A stretch of DNA of 63,747 bases, filler included, from Octopus bimaculoides (taxonomy: Eukaryota): NCBI RefSeq assembly GCF_001194135.2. It is 6 parts of 6 records of this genome, joined end to end, with 100 filler letters (N's around TTAATTAATTAA, not from the genome) between each part and the next. Parts side by side here need not be neighbours in the genome. Positions count along the whole stretch, not along the records: positions 1 to 28,829 come from NC_068991.1; positions 28,930 to 51,398 come from NC_068999.1; 4 more parts are not named here. One strand, written 5' to 3'. This document shows, piece by piece, positions 25,320 through 39,973 of this stretch (position 1 is the first letter of the stretch; the number at the start of each line of letters is the position of its first letter). Below the pieces are notes generated by a model. That model ran no database searches. It worked only from the letters and a program-made list of their open reading frames with translations, and was not told the origin of the DNA. A program made the position numbers and the translations under genes.

Positions 25320-25860
25320 CAGGGCCATTCATCATCATCATCATCATCATTGTTTAACGTCCGCTTTCCATGCTAGCATGGGTTGGACGATTTGACTGAG
25401 GACTGGTGGACCAGATGGCTACACCAGGCTCCAATCTGATTTGGCAGAGTGTCTACAGCTAGATGCCCTTCCTAACGCCAACCACTCTGAGAATGTAGTG
25501 GGTGCTTTTACGTGCCACCGGCACGAAGGCCAGTCAGGCGGTACTGGCAACAGCCACACTCAAAATGGTGTATTTTACATGCCACCTGCACAGGAGCCAG
25601 TCCAGCGGCACTGGCAACGATCTCGCTTGTAAGTCTTTACACATCCACGGGCACAAGTGCCAGAAAGGCGACACTGGGCACAGGTGCCATTTCGCTTTCG
25701 CTTGCCCCAACAGGTCTTCGCAAGCCGAGTTTCACGCATAAGTGGGCTGGCTACACCCCTGGCAGAGGCCTTGCATTTAGGTCTCACTTGGCTTGCCAGG
25801 TCTTCTCACGCACAGCATATTTCCAAAGGTCTTGGTCAGAAGTCATCGCCCCGGTGAGGC
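25320..25860 (-). mobile_element. RTE 3' portion in the last choline kinase intron
   Basis: Closely matches the 15362-16100 copy. Confidence 0.88.
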
Positions 25861-27739
25861 GATGTCCTATTGTAAAGGACATTTGCCCAAGTGCAATGCA
25901 GTGGGGACTAAACTCAAAAGCACATGGTTGGGAAGCAAACTTCTTAACACACAACCATATCAGTACCTACTTTTATCTATCTTTTACTCAAACCAGCCAT
26001 TAGACTGTGGCCAAGCTGGAGCACCACCTTAAAGAATTTTTAGTCAAATGAATAAAAAAAGAATGGGAGTATTTTTTTAAAGTTCCGTCTATTCAATCTA
26101 CTCAAGGTTTTGGCTGGCTTGAAGCTATAGTTGAAGACACTTGCCCAAGATGCTGTGGGGTGGAACTGAACTCAAGATTACATCGTTGGGAAGAAAGCAT
26201 CTTAACCACACAACCATAGCTCAATTGTTTATAATTCAGTATCACACTGTGCAAAGGCATCATTCAAACTGATTTCTCTACACAATGAAAACAACTCATT
26301 CATTGTCAACATGTTCCCAGACGAATATGTAGAAAGACAACTCGTAGATAATTCTTGTTCAAGAAATCAGAAGTTGATCACAAAGAAATCATTTTTGGCT
26401 ATAAGACAAGACTATATAGAAAGAAGTTAGCAAATGTGTTTCAAAGACGGTCTTTAAAATCAGTTTTCATATTCAATAGAAATCATTCTAATAAGAGATT
26501 CTTTGAATAGTCGTTCAAACTGCTAGAAATAACAACCAAATCTTCTTCAGTAAAACCATATTGTTTTCAAACATCAAACACGTTGATAGAGTTGGATGTA
26601 CTGTCTGAATAAACAATAAGGTGGCCATAACTGGAACAGGTCTGCCAGATCAGAGCTGACTTGGGGTTTAATAACAACAAACATAATATATATGTAGTAC
26701 AAGGAAATAGTGAGTAAAAGGATGAACTACGTTCACATTATATAAGATCGTATCCTGTTGCAGACAGTATGTTATGAGTTACTTTCCAGTGTTGAAGCTG
26801 TATCTTGGCTTCTTTCTGTGCGTTAGTCTAAACCCCGCAAGGGAGACAACTCGTATATCTTATAAAATATTATTAAGATTTACGTTAGAGACACGTTTTC
26901 CATACATTACATAGTAGCTAAACTAGTAACTGTTTCTGAATTCAAATAACCTAAAAATAAATAAGCCATTCGTCTAGGGTAGGCTTTGCTACCCACTGCT
27001 ACGGTGCTGAAGCTGAACATCAAGGCACATCAAATGTTATATTTTAGAGGCTGCCCATATCCTGATAGAAAATGAAAACACCCAATTAGATTGATTGCAG
27101 TGATATTTAACATGAAGCTGAGGACCTACCCAAGCGAACAGGGTGGGGACAGAGATTCTTACAGAAACATGATAAAATGCATCTTACTCCACGCCATGTC
27201 AGCCCAGATCAAGGTGACCCATGGCACTTGATCAGCTACAAACTGACAGATATGGAATCGATTCTTTAGTCAGTTTCATTTTATCGTATTTTATTTATAT
27301 TTTTTTAACTTTATTTTTATTGTCTTATTTGGCTATTTAACCTTTAAATTATGGAATATAATTTTAATTAATTTAGAATCGTATAAGTCAAAACAATATG
27401 TTCCATAATGAATACTATTTTCCTTAATAGATAAACATTTTCCTTTATAGTTGGTGTTATTTCAAGTCCATCTTCCTTTATTTACTGGGTTATACTTAAT
27501 AAGTGAAGGTGCATGGCTCAGTGGTTTGAGCGTTGTCCTTTCCGACTATCATCTCTTTGAACTGCTCAAACATCCTTTATGAGGTTGTCGATTTGTGCAG
27601 GAAATCGTGCTAAATGGCTGTTGACCATGTTGAAATGTGATGTAATTGTTCAACTCATTGCATTGTTTTAATTAAATACAGAAAAAAAAAAGAGTGCATA
27701 TAATTTTTGACTTACTTTCATAATACAAATTAATAACAT

Positions 27740-27937
27740 TAAAAAAATAATGGAGGTGTTAAAAGGCATCACACTGCAAGAGTTCCAGGACTGCTTCGAA
27801 CAGTAGAAAACGTGTTTGGATCGACGCATTGCTTCAAATGGAGAATTCTTTGAAGGTGATAAAAGTGTAAACATGTAAAACTAGGAGAATAAAATAATAT
27901 TGCGAAATTCCAGGGTTTTTTTGGATACCCCATCACA
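27740..27937 (+). mobile_element. Mariner transposase 3' remnant in the last choline kinase intron
   Basis: EVLKGITLQEFQDCFEQ*KTCLDRRIASNGEFFEGD matches the mariner C-terminus and is followed by a TIR-like end. Confidence 0.75.
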
Positions 27938-27950
27938 TTAGTGATTTTCA

Positions 27951-28184
<234 letters not shown>

Positions 28185-28489
28185 TCAAGTAAAAACAAAG
28201 GTTAAATATCTTTAATTATTTTTAAGTGAAGGGGCGAACATACTCAATGTTGGGTATTGAGTAACACTTAGCCTTTTACCATACAACAGTGTTCATAGAA
28301 TACATCTGTACTGTTTGTCAGTCACATTCATAGCACATATCTTATGTTTACCAGTGTTTTTCACAGTATATAACCTAAACTGTTTATTAGTGATGTTCAC
28401 AGCATGCTTCTGCATCATTTACCAGTGTTTTTCAAGCATATATGCTATACAGTTTATTGTAGTTTAGTTCATAGTACATTCAGCCTGTA

Positions 28490-28829
28490 GAGGCGCAATG
28501 GCCCAGAGGTTAGGGCAGCAGACTCGCAGTCATAGGATCGCAGTTTCGATTCCCATACCGGGCGTTGTGAGTGTTTATTGAGCGAAAACACCTAAAGCTC
28601 CACGAGGCTCCGGCAGGGGATGGTGGCGAACCCTACTGTACTCTTTCACCACAACTTTCTCTCACTCTTACTTCCTGTTTCTGTTGTGCCTGTAATTCAA
28701 AGGGTCAGCCTTGTCACACTGTGTCACGTTGAATATCCCCAAGAACTACGTTAAGGGTATACGTGTCTGTGGAGTGCTCAGCCACTTGCACGTTAATTTC
28801 ACAAGCAGGCTGTTCCATTGATCGAATCA
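28490..28829 (+). mobile_element. tRNA-derived SINE, family B, cut by a linker gap
   Basis: GGCGCAATGGCCCAGAGGTTAGGGCAGCAGACTCG...GTTTCGATTCCC tRNA-like head. The body matches the reverse complement of 13795-14105. Confidence 0.88.
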
Positions 28830-28929
28830 NNNNNNNNNNNNNNNNNNNNNNNNNNNNNNNNNNNNNNNNNNNNTTAATTAATTAANNNNNNNNNNNNNNN
28901 NNNNNNNNNNNNNNNNNNNNNNNNNNNNN
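28830..28929. other. Artificial 100-bp scaffold linker (44 N + TTAATTAATTAA + 44 N); also at 51399-51498, 57530-57629, 59781-59880 and 62173-62272
   Basis: Identical structure five times. The 12-mer has stop codons in all six frames. Confidence 0.97.
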
Positions 28930-30779
28930 ATATGTATATACATATATATATATATATAAAAATAAAATTCTCTTTTTATTCTCTCTCTGTTTATTTCTTC
29001 GTGTTCCTCTCTTTTGAAGAGCATAGGCTCGAAATCTAAAAGACTTTCTCACTTTCCCAGTGTCAAACTATTACAACTGCTTGTTGTTTATACACCTGTC
29101 TTCATCTTTTGTTTTTCTGTAGATTTCAAAGATATATGTATATCAATACATGCACATACCTACACACAAATACACACATATATATGCATAGTCTTCGGTT
29201 GGCCTCTACTATAGCCATGCACTGACCAAGGGCTTGTGGTTTTACAAAGGTTCCATGTGCTTAACAAGGTCAAATTCCCATCCATGTGGTTTTATGTTCA
29301 GTCCCACTGCACGGCACATGTATCTCTTCTATAGTCTGGGGTTAACCACAGGTTTGTGGGTGGATTTGTTTAATGGAAACTGAAGGAAGTCCACTGTGTG
29401 AGATTGTGTGTATATTTATACCTTCCTGCACACACATATACATACACACCATCCCATACACACACATATATGTGTATAAGTGTGAGTACTTACCTTTACA
29501 GGAAATGTTTCAGAGTATTTTAAATCAAATATGAAATAATTTCTATGCTCTGCATTTGTTTTAGAATATCGTTAGAGACAATGTTCAATTTTTTTTTCCC
29601 CATCCCCTTCTACATGTTCTTGAAGGTATATTCCAATTCAAAATATCAAACTGTTTCAAATTATGAGATCAATTTCAGCAGGAACCTTAGCAATTTTTGA
29701 GGGGGTAGAATGCTTACACCATTCATATTTGCATATTTGTATCACATGCATAGTAATAGATGCGGCAGCCACACGTCCAAAGCACTTTGAAAAAAATACC
29801 ATATTGTAAAATTGTAAAAAATTATTATATTATTTCAAAACAGTTCTCCAAAAATATTGTATTTTTCTTAGATTACGATTGAAAAGAATTTTCTGGAGAA
29901 TGCAATATAATACATTAAGTTATGCTGAAAGGATTCTGTTTTTCTTCATGTGTGTGTAGACACACACACACAGACATTGATATGCATATAAACTATAAAT
30001 CTTCCTGAGAAAATGTATAGACAGTTATATGCATGCTTTCAAATGCAAAAATACATGTGCTTTATTATTTTTTTTATTTTCATGTTTCAATTTGTTTTTC
30101 TAAGTTTAAATTTATAATTTGGTTTCTTCTATGCAACCATAGAAAATGTTTGTTACATTCATTCTCTTGTTATATTCAATACCTATGTAAATATATACAT
30201 TTTCTTTTTAGGTGTTTCTTTTGGTAAATTGTACTTGAAGTAAAAAGGAATTTATTCATATATTTTAGTATATAATGCTTGTATATACTCATACATGATT
30301 GCACATACATCTTTCATATACATCAGCAAATTATTATTATTATCTTTATATTTTTTGTAATTTTAATAAGAGAGATACTCATTCTTCTCTCAGATTTATT
30401 TATTTATTTTTGTAATACGCATGTGAGGTAATGCACAAATATATAGAATGTGATTGTATCATTGTCAGTGTGTGAGTGAGTGTATATGTGCGTATGTGTG
30501 CATATGTGCATGTGTGCATAAATATATGCAAATATATACCTACATATAGCAATATGCATATATACTTATGTGTGTGTGTGTGTGTGTGTTTGTGCATGTA
30601 TGTATATTAATATATGTGTGTGTGCATGTGTGTATATATATATATATACATATATATATAAACACTCATATATAATGAAGGTATGATGATATATATACAA
30701 ACACAATATTTATAGGCTGAATCATGTGATTCTTCAGACATGCAAAGAAAAACAACCTATATAAATGTGTGTGTGTGTA

Positions 30780-30955
30780 TGTGTGTGTAGATAGATAGAT
30801 AGATAGATAGTCAAACAGACAGACAGACAGACAGATGGATAGGTAAATAGATTAATAGATAGAGAGGTAGATAGAAAGATGGATAGACAGACAGACAGAC
30901 AGATGGATAGCTAAATAGATTAATAGATAGAGAGGAAGATAGAAAGATAGATACA

Positions 30956-30986
<31 letters not shown>

Positions 30987-31100
30987 GAGAATAAGTAAAT
31001 AGATAAATAGATTAATAGAGATGTAGATAGATAGACAGACAGACAGACAGATGGATAGGTAAATAGATAGATAGATAGACAGATAGGTAGGTAGCTAGGC
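30780..31100. repeat. Compound (GATA)n/(GACA)n microsatellite; one of dozens of (TA)n, (CA)n, (TG)n, (GA)n, (CAT)n and (TAT)n tracts
   Basis: Directly visible. Confidence 0.97.
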
Positions 31101-31874
31101 AATGCACACATACATATATGTATGTATAAATGTATGTATACACATGTGTATAATTATATATATTTACAGACGTGTGTGTGTGTGTGTGTGTGCGTGCGTG
31201 TGTGCGTGCGTGCGTGTGTGTGTGTGTGTAGATGCACATGCATGCACACACAAGTATATTACATGTGAGAGAAAAAGTGAATGAACATGATAGCATTTAT
31301 TTTTGGGGTTTCAATAACAAAGAATATGTATATCCAGTGGCTTTCTTTAGCATTAAATTTATTACTGATTTATTCCTAAGTTAGCAATCCTATTATGCAT
31401 AAAACAACACTGTGATAAGTGAAGAAGCCAAAGATATCAGACTTTACTGAAACTCTTTCATCTAATATATCATGCTTAAAGGATTAAGATCTCGGGGTTT
31501 TACCTCCAAAATCATTATCTTCAGTGTGAATATTCTATGAAGAAGTTGTAAAAATGTCTTAAACTAATAGACCAAGTGAATCATGAAAAAAAAAAAATGG
31601 TAAAAATGTATAGTGGCATTATTAAGAGTTCTATGAGCCAGTACCATTTATTGATGTGTTAAATTCTATATCATTTAGAGTCTATCACAAATTGACCATT
31701 TTAGAAACGTTTTAGCAGTGGAAAGATGTTCAAAGATTTGTTCTAGTGGGTTTCTTGGAACTTGGCCAGGATATGTGCGTATGTGTATGTATGCATACAT
31801 GTATGTATGTGTGTTTGTATATGTATGTATATATATATGTTTGTCTGTATGTATATATTGTATGTATATGTATG

Positions 31875-31917
<43 letters not shown>

Positions 31918-34550
31918 GTATGTATGTATATGTATGTATATATGTATGAGTATATATATATGTATGTATGTATGTATATATGTATGTGCATATATATGTA
32001 TATATGTGTGTATGTATGCAAGAGTTTATATATAAATATATATATATATACTCATACATATGTATATATATATGTATGCATATATATATGTGTATATGTA
32101 TATATGTGTATGTGCTCATATGTATATATATATATATATATATATATGTCATACAAACACACAACTATGCATCTATGAATTTCCTTTGTATACACATACA
32201 CAAATATATTTATATGTCTGTGTGTATATATGAATGTATTTGTATATGTATATATATATGTGTGTCAGTGTGTACATATGATTGCAAAATTTCGATATAT
32301 ATATAACTGTGTGTGTATGTATGCATATTTTCACAATGCAGAGAAAGAAAAAGTAACAATGAAACACAAAACAAAATGTCCCCTGGAGACTTTCAAAATC
32401 AATAGTAGACATCTAATAAGTTAAGTAAGGCATAAAATAAACTATATTTTCTTTGGTTACTTTTCTCTCACCTGTAGTTGATTGGTATATATATGTTTGT
32501 GTGTGTGTGTGTATATATTATATATATAAACCCAGGAAATGAAAGAAAGATACCATATTGTCAATGGTCATAAAACTATTTTCCAATTCAGTTATTAGCT
32601 GGTGACATGCAGTAAATATTATGTAATGTATGTGTGTGTGTATGTGTGTAGTTTACACACATGTACCATTGATGACAATCTATACATGTATGTATGTATG
32701 TATGTATGTATGCATGTATGTATGTGTATATATGTGTTTGTGTATTTTAAAATTGCATATTAGTATTGCCATAAATATTCTTTGCTCACCCTTCTTTGTG
32801 GAGATGATTTTTCTCCTTTGGTGTTGGGAAGGGCATCCAGCGTAAAAAACCATGCTGAAACAAACAATGGAGCTTGGTGCATTCCTCTGGTTTATCAGCT
32901 CCTGTCAAGCCATCGAACCCATGCCTGCATGGGAGACAGAGGTTAACTGGTGATGATGATGATGATGATGATGATTATGATGATGATAATGATGATGGTG
33001 ATGATGACGTACAGTAACCTATGGTAGTTTTTCTAGCTGACCAACTCTCTTGTCAACCGTTCTACTCATGCATGGAAGATGGATGTTAAATGATAATGAT
33101 CATCATATACTATATATATATATATATATATATACATGAAAATGCAAATACAAATATATTCTGTTTGTAGTTACCCACAATCCTAGAAACCACAACATTC
33201 TGTACTCAGCCAAAAAATACTTCCCAATTCTACATCAGTCTCCAAATCTCCAATAAATAATTAAAAACATCACAAATTATCAACAGTCGAAGACAACCAC
33301 TGAACTTTAAATGACTCCTAACAAAGGCAAGATTCACATTTGAACAAGAGACAAAACAAGTAACCAACTGTAGAGACCCCCTGTTGTGGGACATGCAGAT
33401 TAATTGAGCACCAAAATAGCTGGCCTTGTGCCAAACTTTCAAATCAATATACACCAAACATCCTTTACTTTACAGAATTTTGACATTGTTTACTATAGAC
33501 ATTGCCAAAGTCATCATTCCTTGCCAATCTGATTACATAAAAACCAAATTAGTTCCAACAGTAGTTCTTTCTGACCTTCATTTCTTGCATCAATTTAGGC
33601 ATACAACTGTTATCTTTCATCTATTGCATCTTCATCTTTAGGGAAAAGCATTCGGTGCATTCCTGTCATGTATAAATACTTTTACCAAAACGTGGTTTAA
33701 AATTTAATAACCATCATGCTCGACTAAGATTGTGAAAGAATTAAGCTGAATGAGAAATTCAGTGACTGTTTATTTTGGATTTGGAATTATTTTGGCAAAG
33801 ATGCTCATGTTACTTTTGTTTAACTTTATTGAGCAGATCAATGATCAAAAGCATTCCAAAATAATCATTCCAAAATAATCATTCCAAAAAATTCTTCACA
33901 TCTTTTTTTAACTCACAGGTTACCAAAGAGTACAGTATTTTTAGATACTGTCTCCATTCTTTAAAGTGGTAAAATATGACTCATAGAGGAATTAGCTACT
34001 GATTCTAGCATATCAAGGGATCACATTAAAACTCCCTTATTGTCTTGTCCATGAACTACAGGTTAACATGTTGGACAATTGACATCTCTGTCACAACCAT
34101 ATTTTTTATATATAAGTGAGATTTTTGAAACGAAAATTTACAAGCATAATTGGTAGGCTGATTTAGATACCATTATGACTTTGCAGGACCAAAAATTCCA
34201 TGTGAAGTGATGCAGAATTTTGGGAAGATAGTAGTAATGTTAGAATGCTTACACGATATTCTACGTTAACTTGTATTCTGAAAAATATGGTAATTCTGAG
34301 TTCAAATATTTTGTATGTGTGTTTGTGTGACTTTATGCTGATATCCCATCATGGCTACAAACTAATATTATTCTGTCATTCCTTCATTCATTTTCAATCT
34401 TCCCTGAAAAAGATATCTGGCCGAAGAGAACTATTACCTGGCTTGAGAACAAGTAGGGGTGGAATTTGAACTTACATTCTATGAGAGCCAGAAGAAAAGA
34501 CTGCAACACATTTTGTCAAACTAACAATTATGCCAATCAGCCACCCTCTA

Positions 34551-34599
<49 letters not shown>

Positions 34600-34927
34600 G
34601 ATGGTAATAATAATAATAATAAATAATAATAGTAATAAATGATAATAATAATAAAAGATATTTATAACTAATAGATGTTCAATTTTTAGAAATATAAGGA
34701 AATGAATTTTTGTTTTTGTTTTTTACATTGTTGAAACAAAAGAAATAAGCAAAAAGCACATTGCAATAATAATAATAATAATAATAATGATAATAATAAC
34801 AAATAACAACAAATTGAAAAACAAAACCCAAACATCAAATTACTCTTTCATTTAAAAAAAAATTTTTATGTTGGTGTAAATCATAATATTCAATGTAGTT
34901 TATTACTTTGGCTTTCATCAAACTTCC

Positions 34928-34962
<35 letters not shown>

Positions 34963-35412
34963 AAACAAAAGACTCCCACAACAAACAACAACAATATATA
35001 AACTAAACAGGACAAAGTAAAAAGCAAATCACTCTGTTTTGTTTATTTGTGTTTGTCAGTCGAATATTATGAACTTTAGTGAGTTGACAGTCGTAAGTAA
35101 AATGGGAGATAAGAACAGTTTCGGGAGTGGGGGGAAGTGTGTGTATGCATATNNNNNNNNNNNNNNNNNNNNNNNNNNNNNNNNNNNNNNNNNNNNNNNN
35201 NNNNNNNNNNNNNNNNNNNNNNNNNNNNNNNNNNNNNNNNNNNNNNNNNNNNNNNNNNNNNNNNNNNNNNNNNNNNNNNNNNNNNNNNNNNNNNNNNNNN
35301 NNNNNNNNNNNNNNNNNNNNNNNNNNNNNNNNNNNNNNNNNNNNNNNNNNNNNNNNNNNNNNNATTTTATATATATCCATCTCTTTTTCCTTATATACTT
35401 AGGAACACAAAC

Positions 35413-35448
<36 letters not shown>

Positions 35449-35539
35449 ATATAATCTATATAAAAAAAGAGAGATGGAAAAATAGATGAGTCAATACGTA
35501 AGCTTTTATGTATGAATATACATATATACGCAGACACAG

Positions 35540-35576
<37 letters not shown>

Positions 35577-36138
35577 GAGGGAAGAAAATAAAAATGCAAT
35601 TATTCAAAACAATTTATCATTATCTCATATATCTAATGGCCAACATAATAATAAGACATCAGACTAGAAGAAAGCAGTACTTTGTATAGTAATTACCTTT
35701 CCATTTATAAGGGAAACTATGTGACCCCTGTTATATTTATACAAATCAATCTGATATTATCTAATAAAATTCTGGAATTGCCAAATAACTATATAAATGA
35801 GGAGTTTTGACTTTTTTTGGTGGAGATATTTTACAATACACAGACATAAACGACACAAGGATGGTTTATACGGTATTAAGAGCAGAACGTTATTTCAAAT
35901 TTATTTGAAGTAAGTAAATAATGGTGTTGTTTTAAGTTGTTTAGTCTTTTACTCATTAGGAAGCTGTAAAAATATTTAGGGCTTTTTACATGAAAAGATT
36001 TTATTTTCCTTTTTGCCTCCTTCATCACTTGCCAGCACTTGTTTCTCACATTTCTCTTAATTTCTTTCTTTCTAAGTTTTTTTCTAACATAAAGGAATGT
36101 AAGATGAGAAACCTGATTACCAGGAAATACAAAATGGG

Positions 36139-36182
<44 letters not shown>

Positions 36183-36192
36183 NNNNNNNNNN

Positions 36193-36237
<45 letters not shown>

Positions 36238-36659
36238 AGTTCTCATTTTGATCATGAGCTTTCACTGCACGACCGAGGGCAGCTCCGTGTGCCTTGGGTA
36301 TGGGCTGTGGTTTGTTGTGGGGCTCTTATTTGCACTGTATTGAAAGTGCTTTACATAGTGTGTCCACAGTGCCTGGTAGTGCTATTTTCTGTATGGTATG
36401 TAAATATTCATAAATCCTGGTGTTATTTTGTTGTTGTTGTTGTCGTTAAGGCAATGAATGAGCTGTATCATTAACATGCTAGACTAAGTGCCTGGTAGTA
36501 TTTTGTCTGAGTTCAAATTCTGCTGAAGTTCACTTTTCCTTTCATCTTTTGAGGTCAATGAAAGAAGTACCAGTTATGCACTGGAGTTGATATAATCACC
36601 TAACCCCTTCCCACAAGATTTCAAGCCTTTAATACAAAGGATTATCATCATCATCATAT

Positions 36660-37215
36660 TATTATTATTATTTTTTGAGTGAGAGAGCAGTGCATGCCAT
36701 CAAAGTGACACTGGGGTAAAATATACAAAGCCCAGTATACCCATCATGACTACCCGTCTGATAAGGGTACACCAGGCACATGCATCACAACTATATGTGC
36801 ATGACATAGTGATCTATTATCAAGTTAAACAGTGCACACCTTGCAGGTGGGGCGGAATTAAAATTTTCTTCAGATTGAGTAGGCCATCCAGCTCAAAAAG
36901 GAATAAAGGTTGTTTAAGGATGTTGAATAAGGGATGTTTAAGGATGTTGGACAAAACATCCATGTTTCCAAAGGTGAATTATCCCCAAATAATTCTTCTC
37001 AACACATGGCTATGATGCTCCCCCATTACTTCTGTTCATGATCAGAGATGCACATATCGTCAGCCACCAAACAACTGACAAGCAAATCTGTGGTATTGTG
37101 CAGAATAGTTGCTGTAGCCCATCTCTTATAGCAAGACAAAACAATGTACATGATAACACTTCCAATCAGTAAAGATCAGAAGCCATGAGAGCCACTGCCT
37201 GGTACTGCATCATTA
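36660..37215 (-). mobile_element. (AAT)n-tailed short retroposon of unknown class; 3' fragment repeated at 43740-43930
   Basis: Two copies share GAGTGAGAGAGCAGTGCAT...GGGTACACCAGGCACATGCATCACAAC and both abut (ATT)n tracts. Confidence 0.7.
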
Positions 37216-37739
37216 TTATTATTATCATCTTTATTATTATTTTTGTTGTTGTTGTTGTTGTTATCATTATTATTATTATTATACAAGTGTAATAATAACA
37301 CAGAAAAAAAACACTCATTATTTTTGTCTTTATTTTAGAATTACTTTTGAAGTTGAAAATTATTATCATAAAGCTCTTGTCTTAAAATGAAATTTTCTGT
37401 TTGTTTCTTTCTTTCTATAAATATTAAAAAATATAATTTGCTTTATTGGTTCAATTAAGCATTGAGAAATTGAAGTCCCAGTCAAAACAAATTTCATGAG
37501 CGTCTATGGATACACACATAGAAATACACACACCATCACATGTGTTTCATTTGCTAATAAGAGATGCAAAATTGTACATGTAGGAGAAGCATGTAAGATA
37601 TGTCCTTTTAGAAATGATAATAGAGTCTGGGAAAGAGAAAACATTTATGGTAACCACATCTTCTATTGATGAACTTCATTTGTAAGCCTGAAATATTTAT
37701 AACAGCGGGAGACAAAACTAATCACAAAATTCTGACAGG

Positions 37740-38800
37740 ACACAGGAATGGAGTTGAGTTAGAATAATTATTTCTATTTGGCTGTCAAATTAAGAAAGAT
37801 TGTCAACCAGACAAGGAATATAGATGCTAATGACTTGTCTATGTCCTGTAACACCTGTGGTCAATGCTAAAAATGCCTTAGAATTTATGAGAATACCGCT
37901 TAATTCAGGTGCTGTGAGTGAAGCAAGAGTGACAGAAGAATTCTCTAGAAGACTTTGAAACAAATTGAAGTCAGAATTATTTGCTTTCAATAAACTCATC
38001 TCCCATAATGTTTCTACACTGTCCAAGATATTAGATTGGACACTTAAAGAAATCAGCAACATGGACATCACGGGTCGGAAGATGCTAACAATGAATGGGA
38101 ACTTCTGCATCAACTGTGCTTCTGACAAGATTTATAGTAAATGAGAAAAACAGAAGCAAGGAAACATAAAGTTAGTTCAGAAGGTGTTCGAGTGCTGCAT
38201 TGTGTCACTTGGACAACACCGAGTGAACACTAAAGACAGAAACGAGTACATAACAAGTATGCTTAACAGTGAAGTTAATAACATGAGATTAGCTAAAGAG
38301 TTACTCTGAGGACACAGCTGTTCCTTGTGAAGCAAAGCGAGTTGAACTGAGTTATTTAAACAGAGACTTGGAAGAGTAATACTCAACATAACATCAGAAA
38401 GTTATGAATGGGTACATATCCAACCAGCTAGAAAATAAAACCAACCTGGACAGGAATAATAGTCACTCCCAGACTCACAATAAATGCATATTATATTATC
38501 TTGGAGGCTATCCAAGAACGAGGGATAACTACTGAATATCTGATGAATAAGAAAGATAGGAACGTCCTTTAGTCCTCCATGCTGTCATAGAAAATGGTAT
38601 TTGTACAAAATATTTCTCGTATCATCATCAGCTGTCCCAAAATGTCTACAACACATGAGTTCCTTATGAGACATGATAGGGTTGATATAATCACTTGTAA
38701 TACTAAATGAAGGAAGGATTATCTTGATGGATATACCAAGGGCACACTAGAACCAAAATTCATCCAAACCTTTGAGAATAAGGAATACTGGAAGACCATT
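37740..38800 (+). mobile_element. Highly decayed R4/Dong-like (restriction-like endonuclease) non-LTR retrotransposon, post-RT region
   Basis: Broken translations ARVTEEFSRRL*NKLKSELFAFNK..., WTLKEISNMDITGRKMLTMNGNF and IIISCPKMSTTHEFLMRHDRV resemble R4-clade thumb and zinc-finger segments. Confidence 0.65.
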
Positions 38801-39973
38801 CCTACGACAAACAGCAAGTCAGTGTAAACGTATATCTGTGTTTGTATCATCAGCATCATTGTTGTCGTTTGTATACTTCTGTGTGTATGTGNNNNNNNNN
38901 NNNNNNNNNNNNNNNNNNNNNNNNNNNNNNNNNNNNNNNNNNNNNNNNNNNNNNNNNNNNNNNNNNNNNNNNNNNNNNNNNNNNNNNNNNNNNNNNNNNN
39001 NNNNNNNNNNNNNNNNNNNNNNNNNNNNNNNNNNNNNNNNNNNNNNNNNNNNNNNNNNNNNNNNNNNNNNNNNNNNNNNNNNNNNNNNNNNNNNNNNNNN
39101 NNNNNNNNNNNNNNNNNNNNNNNNNNNNNNNNNNNNNNNNNNNNNNNNNNNNNNNNNNNNNNNNNNNNNNNNNNNNNNNNNNNNNNNNNNNTATATATAT
39201 AAACATTTGCAAAGACTGTAAGTGTTCTTGAATCATAGGATAGAGGTGGCAGTAAATTCTATAGAAAATTGTTATATATTAATAAATATAAGAGCTTTTC
39301 TGGTGTTCTTATCATATCATGTCAAAGAACACAGCTAAATCATAGAGAATAATGTTGTTTCATTTCTGGTTTTCTTTTTATTTCGTGTTTTAAGTCAGAA
39401 AAAAATCCCATAAAAGCTGAATTAGATTTGCTAGAAATGGACAGACAGTGAAACAAAACTGGGGAATTGTCACACACAGATGCACACATACACACAACAC
39501 ACACAAACACACACTCAAAGACATGCCTCACAGACAAGCATACACTTGCATAACATAAAAAAATGCATGTGATTATGTATATAGATATGTGTATATATAT
39601 GTATATATGTGTGTGTGTGTAGATAGACAGAGAGAGGGAGAAAGAGAAATAAAAACACAATTATAGAGTTGATCAGATGTATATGTATATAAGTGTGTGC
39701 GTGTTTGTGTGTATATGTATATATATTAATGTATATGTACATGCACACGCACACACACATATAATATACATATGCATGCACAGAAACAAACACACGTGCA
39801 CACCATATATATATATAACTTAGAAATTTATTTCATGAAATGAATCTAAAATTTAACATGAATTTAATAGCATCCTGTGTTATTAAATTGCTCAAATGGC
39901 TCCTTTGCGATATAATTGATAAGTGAGTATGTATGCACATATAGATAAGTGGATAGAGGGAGATATGAATATG

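Noticed and set aside
28490-28565. tRNA gene-like sequence
   Set aside because: This is the head of a SINE continuing into the repeat body; it has no acceptor-stem closure or Pol III terminator.
28874-28885. TTAATTAATTAA islands inside N runs (five occurrences)
   Set aside because: Invariant 44+12+44 layout with six-frame stops marks an assembly linker, not biological sequence.
32380-32412. MSTIDFES as the kinase IDFEY motif
   Set aside because: Flanking residues do not match the choline kinase motif, and there is no splice donor.
39340-39440. Possible terminal exon KSNSAFMGFFSDLKHEIKRKPEMKQHYSL* (similar weak candidates near 12332-12402, 29490-29550, 34250-34275, 49600-49675 and 60555-60665)
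   Set aside because: Splice-like signals are common in AT-rich DNA. There is no recognisable homology and no consistent phase chain.
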